A DNA stretch of 14,171 nucleotides from an uncultured Methanosarcinaceae archaeon (GTDB taxonomy: Archaea > Halobacteriota > Methanosarcinia > Methanosarcinales > Methanosarcinaceae), in the NCBI GenBank assembly GCA_963721455.1, contig CAVRJG010000020.1, positions 1-14,171 of the forward strand, in the 5' to 3' direction. Of this stretch, positions 8,735 to 14,171 are shown piece by piece. The notes beneath the pieces are model-generated. The model searched no databases and was not told the DNA's origin. It worked only from the letters and a program-made list of their open reading frames with translations. Each line of letters opens with the position of its first letter. The stretch's first letter is position 1. The translations under genes and the position numbers were made by a program.

Positions 8735-8953
8735 TCAAAATGAAAGAAAATTGAGACTAAAGAAGAAAATTGAAAAGAAGTGTTTTTCAGAGAGTTTTAA
8801 TTCCATCCGCATCCTGACAGGGTATTTGACTTTTTCACTTTTTGGCTTTGCTTTTTCACCTTCTTGCTGTGCTTCTTTCGTTTCTTTTTCCTTTGAAAGC
8901 CGCTCTCCTTCGTCGAGCGTGACAAGAACGACCCAGGATGGCGAATATGGTTG
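8735..8953 (-). pseudogene. Start-less, charged ORF remnant (probable 3' end of a deleted gene)
   Basis: Open frame ...WVVLVTLDEGERLSKEKETKEAQQEGEKAKPKSEKVKYPVRMRME... with protein-like composition, preceded by an in-frame stop and lacking a proper start. Confidence 0.35.
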
Positions 8954-8980
8954 TTAGGGTCAAAATTAATTCAAAACCAC

Positions 8981-9180
8981 TTACAAACCCACAACCGGTA
9001 GCCCCGCACGTGTAAGCGCATCGAGCATCAGATGTGAAGCATACCCTGCTCCTGCAAAAAAGAGCCCTACAGTAACTTCATCTGCCGGACCTGTAGTTAG
9101 CAAACTTAAATAGGTAACCAAAAGCACTTAAAACAAGCAATGAATACTGAAAAGCACATTTTGTTGGAAATTACGATGAG
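8981..9180 (-). pseudogene. Broken YdjM/LexA-binding-type membrane metal-dependent hydrolase, 3' fragment
   Basis: One frame reads HRNFQQNVLFSIHCLF*VLLVTYLSLLTTGPADEVTVGLFFAGAGYASHLMLDALTRAGLPVVGL*. GYxSHLxLDxLTxxGLP is the family's C-terminal motif, HRNF is a decayed HRxxxHS, and there is an in-frame TAA at 9128-9130. Confidence 0.7.
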
Positions 9181-9230
9181 AAATGACGAGGAAAAACATG
9201 AGGCTTGATAAATTAATGCTGAAATAATGG

Positions 9231-9998
9231 TCAATCTTTGAAAATATTATGACAAATAAAGATATAATCAGATTGTATTGAGTGATTGGGAATTCGATAT
9301 CTACTTTCAAAATTCCCATCCGCACCAATAATGGCCGCAAATTTTTCATAATGATTGCAACCTTCTCTATCTATAGACATTTTGAATGCATTATACAAAT
9401 GATCGAATGATATTTCTTTTTCTTCACAGATACAGCAGCTTATTATGTGGTGGACAAGCACATCTGATCTGAACTGTTTCCATCTTTTGTATTCTAGCAC
9501 TGACTTTTTCCATTCAGTGATTAACTGATTCCATTCAGAAGATTTGAAATATTGATCAATTGAGGAATCAAGATCAAATTCAGGCATATAGGAACCAACA
9601 ACGCCTTTTTCAAGAATACCATCATCAATAACCCCTTTTTCCCTAAAAATTAAGATGGGCATATCTATTTGAAAAGCCATGGAAGGTTCAATTTGACAGT
9701 AGGGACTTGTAATCCATTTTTGGGAAATATCATACTGTATATGTCCTGCCAAATTAGTATTGGGTTTACCGACTCCTTTTTCGATAAAGCCTCGTCTAAA
9801 TGCAACTGATAATAGCCCATGACATTCATTCATTATCTCTCGTATTTTCATTAAAGGTGCTGAAGGACTATAGTCGGTAATTCCTAAAGTTCTCGGCTTG
9901 AAACCATTTTCTACTAAATGCTCCTCCACTTTATTAATAAATTTTTTTTGTTTCCGATTAAATGGTTTTGCGTAACTAAAAAACACTGGAATTTCCAT
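9231..9998 (-). CDS. TIR-like (TIR/nucleoside deoxyribosyltransferase fold) protein with an unknown Cys/His-rich C-terminal domain
   Basis: 255 aa. Beta-A VFFSY, GFKPRTLG, IREIMNECHGLLSVAF, SPYCQIE (E104 at the TIR catalytic Glu position), MPILIFRE. Visibly AT-richer than the flanking core genes. Confidence 0.7.
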   Translation of the reverse strand: MEIPVFFSYAKPFNRKQKKFINKVEEHLVENGFKPRTLGITDYSPSAPLMKIREIMNECHGLLSVAFRRGFIEKGVGKPNTNLAGHIQYDISQKWITSPYCQIEPSMAFQIDMPILIFREKGVIDDGILEKGVVGSYMPEFDLDSSIDQYFKSSEWNQLITEWKKSVLEYKRWKQFRSDVLVHHIISCCICEEKEISFDHLYNAFKMSIDREGCNHYEKFAAIIGADGNFESRYRIPNHSIQSDYIFICHNIFKD

Positions 9999-10122
9999 AG
10001 AACCACTTTAAAAATTATTTCTTGTTACTATGCTTAATTTTAAAAATTAGATTTTAATCCTATCATCTTTTAATCAGAAACCATCACTTCACAAACGATT
10101 AAAAGTTTTTCGTTTTGATATA

Positions 10123-10250
10123 GAGCTGATCCCAAAACTCAAAAATTCATCTCTGAATTATTCCTAATAATCAATCGAGTTTCAGATCATGGGAAATAGT
10201 ACTGAAACTTTACTGATTTTTCAGAATAAAATTGGTTTTGGGATGGGCTC
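10123..10250. mobile_element. 128-bp MITE (non-autonomous IS derivative)
   Basis: Left end GAGCTGATCCCAAAAC; reverse complement of the right end GAGCCCATCCCAAAAC (14/16 identical). Non-coding AT-rich interior; no clear target-site duplication. Confidence 0.75.
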
Positions 10251-10343
10251 AAATAGTAAAACATTCTGCACATGCTTCAGGCCACGCATCAGGTAGTGAA
10301 ATAATAGAAATGATAAATAAGATAAATTGCCGCCTGCTGCAAA

Positions 10344-11162
10344 TCAGATGACTCTGGACACAAGAGTATAAACAAAAGCGCTTAAAACCAGCCTGATTGA
10401 AGAAAAAACAATCGAAATCATTGAAAACGCCAGCAAGTAGACGTTGAGAGCCAGGATACCCGTGAAAAAGCCGGAAAAATCGGCACTGAGGATCAGGGCA
10501 ACCACATTTACCAGTAAAATAAAAAAGAATATCGTTATCAAACCCCTGCCTGCCCCTTTAAGATCTTCCCGGCTCAGGGCTATATGGGAAGAGATGCCGA
10601 TTGCCAGGGCAAAATAAATCCAGAAATTAATTGAAGTTACGTTTTCTGCCGAAAAAATGCTTTTAAAAAGTTCAGCGGTCAATGTGAAGATTTTCGTCAA
10701 TATGTATTGGTCCGGCTTGCCGGGTTCAAGGGTCAAATAGTTTGCAACTATGGCAAAGGAATCCGGCAGAAGCAAGTGCATCCCCAAGATAAGGGCCGCT
10801 GTCCCGCTGAATATGGGGCCCATGCCTATGAAAAAATTTCCTAAATTCTGGTAGAGGCTTTTTGGGTTCCAGCTGTGGGTAACGTATCCCAGGACTCCGT
10901 TTCTGGCTTTCAGGTCAAACAGTTTGAATCCGCTTATTCTGTGCTTGAAGAGGTAGCACATCAGCAGGTGGCCGAGTTCATGGATCGGGGTGCCTATCCA
11001 GGCTGTAACCATGATTCCTTTCCTGCCAAAGGTTCCCTGGACATAAAAGTTGGCTCTGCTCTCAATAATGCCGAGTATCATGCCGATAAGGATCAGAGAG
11101 CCTGTGACGCAGAAGGTTTCGAACAGGCTTAATCGAAAAACAGTGAAAAATATATTTTCCAT
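10344..11162 (-). CDS. Integral membrane HExxH zinc metallopeptidase-like protein (M50/M50B-like)
   Basis: 272 aa with multiple TM helices, GTPIHELGH, LGYVTH, FIGMGP (xGP motif) and LSREDL (candidate Asp ligand). AGGAG RBS. Confidence 0.75.
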   Translation of the reverse strand: MENIFFTVFRLSLFETFCVTGSLILIGMILGIIESRANFYVQGTFGRKGIMVTAWIGTPIHELGHLLMCYLFKHRISGFKLFDLKARNGVLGYVTHSWNPKSLYQNLGNFFIGMGPIFSGTAALILGMHLLLPDSFAIVANYLTLEPGKPDQYILTKIFTLTAELFKSIFSAENVTSINFWIYFALAIGISSHIALSREDLKGAGRGLITIFFFILLVNVVALILSADFSGFFTGILALNVYLLAFSMISIVFSSIRLVLSAFVYTLVSRVI

Positions 11163-11374
11163 TTTTAACTCCTTTTATTATGGTTTCAGGAGAAACTTCA
11201 GCTCCGAACAGATCCAGAATTTAATTTTACAGGAGCCAGCTTTTTACTATAATGTGATTAAAGAAGTATAACCTTCTTTCGTTCCCGGAGAATTCAAAAA
11301 GGTATGAAAGAAGGAACTGCTTCTTTTCGAAAACAGTCAATATATCAATATACATATTTCAACGAATACCGGGA

Positions 11375-11761
11375 TTATTTCTGGCTTGCAAGATCAAACC
11401 AGACAGGACTTTTGTCCTCAGGGTCCCAGTTATAGCTTATTGTGATTTCTTCGTCTTTCTGGACATCTGTGATACAAACGTATTTTATAAGGCTGTTATC
11501 GAAGTCTTTGTAGTACCTTGCGTTAGGGGTATACGAGTGGTTATAAAGGGAGCCGTAGCCCAGTGCAATAGCTGCGTCTTTTGATTCGGGACCCCAGGCG
11601 AAGTAATAACTGTAGAGCTGGGTAAGCTCAAGCGCATCTATTTCCTCAGCAGGTAAGACTATGACAGGACAGGTTTCTATTACCTCGCCTTCTTTAAAAT
11701 TTCTCTGTGCAAATACGCCTCTACCTTTTCCAGGTGAGTCTTTAACAGTTATCAACGACAT
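11375..11761 (-). CDS. SET domain lysine methyltransferase (minimal, no Cys-rich post-SET)
   Basis: 128 aa. Motif I GKGRGVFA, motif III LYNHSYTPNA, motif IV EEITISY. Confidence 0.93.
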   Translation of the reverse strand: MSLITVKDSPGKGRGVFAQRNFKEGEVIETCPVIVLPAEEIDALELTQLYSYYFAWGPESKDAAIALGYGSLYNHSYTPNARYYKDFDNSLIKYVCITDVQKDEEITISYNWDPEDKSPVWFDLASQK

Positions 11762-11802
11762 ATAATCAGAATCCTGTAGGATAGTAAAAATTACCTGTAA
11801 GA

Positions 11803-13260
11803 CTATCTGTAAACTATTTTACTATTTTGAGAAGGCAAATAACTTATAAGTTTCCCTTCAAAAATTTCTCCAAAAGATCCGCAGGAGATTTTACAAATAT
11901 TACAGATCCGGCAGGATTTAAAGGTCCGAGTAAGCCCGATTTCCCGTTTTTTCCCCCTGTTCTTCTGCTTTGCAGTTTTCCTTACAAATCCATAATACCC
12001 TATTCCTATAAGGGCAACTGAGTAGATAATTTTCCATGTGAACCCTGAAATCAGGAAGGAAAGTGACAGGAGGGAAAGGCCTGAGTAGATCCAGCGCCTC
12101 CAGCCTGTTTCGGTCTTCCAGTAAGAAAGCAGGATAAAACCGTAGAGAAAAAGAAAGTTCTGGTTTACGAGCATGATCAGGAAAGAAACCGGGACTTTAA
12201 ATACATAAGTTACCAGGAGCACCAGTACGAAAGCCGTATACATACTCAAAATGCTTGCCATTGGCTGTCCGCGTTTTGAAAGTTTGCCAAGGTAAGCCGG
12301 AAGCACATTCTCTTTTCCGGATGCGTAGACAAGGCGGCTTGAGGCGAAGTTCCAGCAAGTTACATTAGCCACGATGACTACTGCCATCAGCCAGATGAGC
12401 AAATTCCCAGGAGGTGTAAATTTAACGAGTTCCACGAGGCCCGATGCCCCACCTAAAGGGACTCCGGCTGCATCAGCCCCGATACTTGTAATTGCAAGCA
12501 TCAGATAAATGAAGATTATCAGACCAAAACTGATCCAGTAAACCCTCCGGACATTCTTTTCCGGGTTCTGGAGTTCTCCCAGGCCAAAGGACATATTCTC
12601 CCAGCCCAGAAAAGCCCAGAAAAGAAGGGCAGAAATTTTCCAGATGTTATGAAGATCAGGATAAAGGCCAGGACTTCCGGAGTTCAGTCCTGCAATGCCT
12701 GATAAGCCTGCGTATAGGGCCTGTATTGAAAATCCGAGCCCTGAGGAAAAGAAATTGAAGTTATAAAAGGTAAGGGCTGCAATCAGGAACAGCAATACGA
12801 TTACGGCTGCATAGTTGAAGAAAGAGACAAACCTGACCCCTGCAATCGTGATTAAAGTCATGATCGTGATGATAAGAAGAGCCAGCAGATGAACCCCAAA
12901 ATCAGGCAGATCCAAGAGGTGCTGAAGATATTCGCCGCCAATGAGAGAAACTGCCGATACTCCCAGAATAAAAGAGCCGCAGACAAGGGCTGTCACTGCA
13001 AACCCTCCCCACTCTCCTACAGCTTCCCGGGAATAATGGAAAAGGCCACCTGAGCAGGGGAACTTCTTTCCGAGCCCGGCGCATATCTGAATAAGGGGCA
13101 TTGCTGCTATGATAATCAGGAGCCAGCCAAAAACCACTTCCTGTACTGTCCCAACATCCGCGACTAACCCTGGCAGGCCCAGAAGTCCGGAGCCTATGAC
13201 CATGAGAATAGCCAGAACAATTCCACGCCCCAGAGTAACTGTTTTTTCAAGCTCTGCCAT
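11803..13260 (-). CDS. APC-superfamily amino acid permease (YjeH-like exporter branch possible)
   Basis: 485 aa with about 12 TM helices. TM1 VIGSGLLGLPG, FPCSGG, TM6 FWAFLGWEN, ELQNPEKN, SRLVYA. The hydrophilic C-terminal tail may be atypical. Confidence 0.88.
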   Translation of the reverse strand: MAELEKTVTLGRGIVLAILMVIGSGLLGLPGLVADVGTVQEVVFGWLLIIIAAMPLIQICAGLGKKFPCSGGLFHYSREAVGEWGGFAVTALVCGSFILGVSAVSLIGGEYLQHLLDLPDFGVHLLALLIITIMTLITIAGVRFVSFFNYAAVIVLLFLIAALTFYNFNFFSSGLGFSIQALYAGLSGIAGLNSGSPGLYPDLHNIWKISALLFWAFLGWENMSFGLGELQNPEKNVRRVYWISFGLIIFIYLMLAITSIGADAAGVPLGGASGLVELVKFTPPGNLLIWLMAVVIVANVTCWNFASSRLVYASGKENVLPAYLGKLSKRGQPMASILSMYTAFVLVLLVTYVFKVPVSFLIMLVNQNFLFLYGFILLSYWKTETGWRRWIYSGLSLLSLSFLISGFTWKIIYSVALIGIGYYGFVRKTAKQKNRGKKREIGLTRTFKSCRICNICKISCGSFGEIFEGKLISYLPSQNSKIVYR

Positions 13261-13322
13261 AATTTGATCCGGTTATAATTTCAGAAAACAAAAAAGAAAG
13301 CACAAAAGAGATATAATTGAAT

Positions 13323-13347
13323 AACAGGGCATTTAGAGAGCCCTGTT
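13323..13347 (-). terminator. Hairpin followed on the minus strand by U-rich tracts; candidate terminator or processing site
   Basis: AACAGGGC/GCCCTGTT 8-bp stem with a 9-nt loop, 28 nt past the thyX-like stop. Minus-strand T runs at about 13284-13308. Confidence 0.35.
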
Positions 13348-13375
13348 CAGATAACCTGGTTTTAATTTTTACTTT

Positions 13376-14029
13376 TCAATTCTTAACTTCATTTTTTTCC
13401 AGGCAGATGAGCTCTTCTGCGTATGGCAGAGTTTCTTTCATCCATGTGCAGAAATTCCTCCATTCATCGAGCTTGTGGTTACGCCGCTGGAAGTATATAT
13501 TCCGGAGTTCTGCATAGTTGGTTATAACTGTCCGTTTTTGAAGGTAAGCACTCGGCAGGTCCTGGATAAGTTCCCTGAAAACCGCTTTCCGATATGCATT
13601 ATCTTCTTCACTGTCCCCTTCGCGGGATTTGTAGGCTTTGATAAGGTCATTCAGATGCCGGATCTGGTCATTCCTGTAATCTGTCAGCGTATCAAAAGAA
13701 AAGTCGTGGGGAGCAAGCTCCTTGCTGGTCAGCTTATGCATTGTGGAACAGGAGTTTTTTTCTGCGAACTTGTAGGTGTCGAACTCCTTCCACCAGTAGA
13801 AAGGAGCTGTGAGATCAAAACAGACCGTAATAAACCTTAAAAACTTGCCGTGCTCGTTCCCTGCAAGGGTCAGGCGCTGGGCCAGATTCAGGTCCTTTTC
13901 TCCAAGTTTGCAGTTCCCTGCCTGATCAGGCTCACTGCTGTCCATAAGGTGCCAGGAATTCAAAGGATTCCGCATGCCAAGGATAGCATAATAGATGTTG
14001 TATGTACCGTGTAACTTCATTTCAATCAT
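13376..14029 (-). CDS. Divergent FAD-dependent thymidylate synthase (ThyX/Thy1)-like protein
   Basis: Motifs AILGMRNPLNSW, EHGKFLR, APFYWWKEFDTYK, NSCSTMHK, LPSAYLQKRT, NYAELRNIYFQRRNHKLDEW. ATG 14029 preferred because of the GAGG RBS and TATA spacing; the ORF track starts at 14050. Confidence 0.75.
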   Translation of the reverse strand: MIEMKLHGTYNIYYAILGMRNPLNSWHLMDSSEPDQAGNCKLGEKDLNLAQRLTLAGNEHGKFLRFITVCFDLTAPFYWWKEFDTYKFAEKNSCSTMHKLTSKELAPHDFSFDTLTDYRNDQIRHLNDLIKAYKSREGDSEEDNAYRKAVFRELIQDLPSAYLQKRTVITNYAELRNIYFQRRNHKLDEWRNFCTWMKETLPYAEELICLEKNEVKN

Positions 14030-14063
14030 AAAAGCGCCTCTTAAACCCATTACGATAAGCAGG

Positions 14064-14087
14064 TTATAAATCTGTTTGTGACAAACA
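14064..14087 (-). promoter_or_regulatory. Archaeal TATA box and BRE with an overlapping palindrome upstream of the thyX-like gene
   Basis: Minus-strand TTTATAA at 14064-14070, preceded by A-rich CACAAACAGA. Palindrome TGTTTGT-G-ACAAACA at 14073-14087. Confidence 0.5.
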
Positions 14088-14171
14088 TGTTGTAAACCTG
14101 TCTATGGTAGATAACTTAACTCATTTTAAATATTTGCTGCGCAGGATACTTACTTTTTTAATACGATACTG

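Noticed and set aside
8718-8957. Plus-strand 79-aa ORF with TTG start
   Set aside because: Phe/Ser-rich mirror of the more protein-like minus-strand remnant; it starts inside the hairpin.
9128-9349. 73-aa minus-strand ORF as an independent gene
   Set aside because: Its 5' half overlaps the TIR-like gene out of frame, and its 3' part is the frame of the broken hydrolase.
11761-11805. Pyrrolysine read-through of the permease TAG stop producing a permease-SET fusion
   Set aside because: The TAG is followed by TCT TAC AGG TAA, and the SET gene is in a different frame.
10875-13840. ORFs 10875-11132, 11050-11271, 11827-12021, 12902-13084, 13317-13517 and 13475-13840
   Set aside because: Antisense or alternate-frame shadows of the M50-like, APC and ThyX-like genes.

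Overview
Archaeal-style chromosomal window. It is most likely a Methanosarcina-like methanogen, inferred from the gene set (COG1361 S-layer-domain/ABC cassette, archaeal SET protein), archaeal TATA/RBS motifs and a MITE; this is not proven. From left to right: (1) a low-GC minus-strand operon encoding a winged-helix regulator, a membrane-anchored Ig/S-layer-domain protein, a MacB/FtsX permease and a LolD/MacB ATPase, with a perfect 16-bp palindrome ahead of it; (2) a plus-strand RavA-type MoxR AAA+ ATPase, a ViaA-like vWA partner and a NimA/PNPOx-like flavoprotein, where the ATPase probably starts at a CTG and carries a C2H2 zinc-finger-like insert; (3) a decayed accessory islet (about 8400-10250) with a 14-bp tandem duplication, a GC hairpin, a start-less ORF remnant, a broken YdjM-like hydrolase, an intact low-GC TIR-like gene with a Cys/His-rich C-terminal domain, and a 128-bp MITE; (4) a minus-strand run of a divergent ThyX-like gene (RHR motif replaced by TYK), an APC permease with a CxxCxxCxxxC tail, a SET methyltransferase and an M50-like HExxH membrane protein. 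No rRNA, tRNA or CRISPR array was seen. All family calls come from motif recognition, not database searches.
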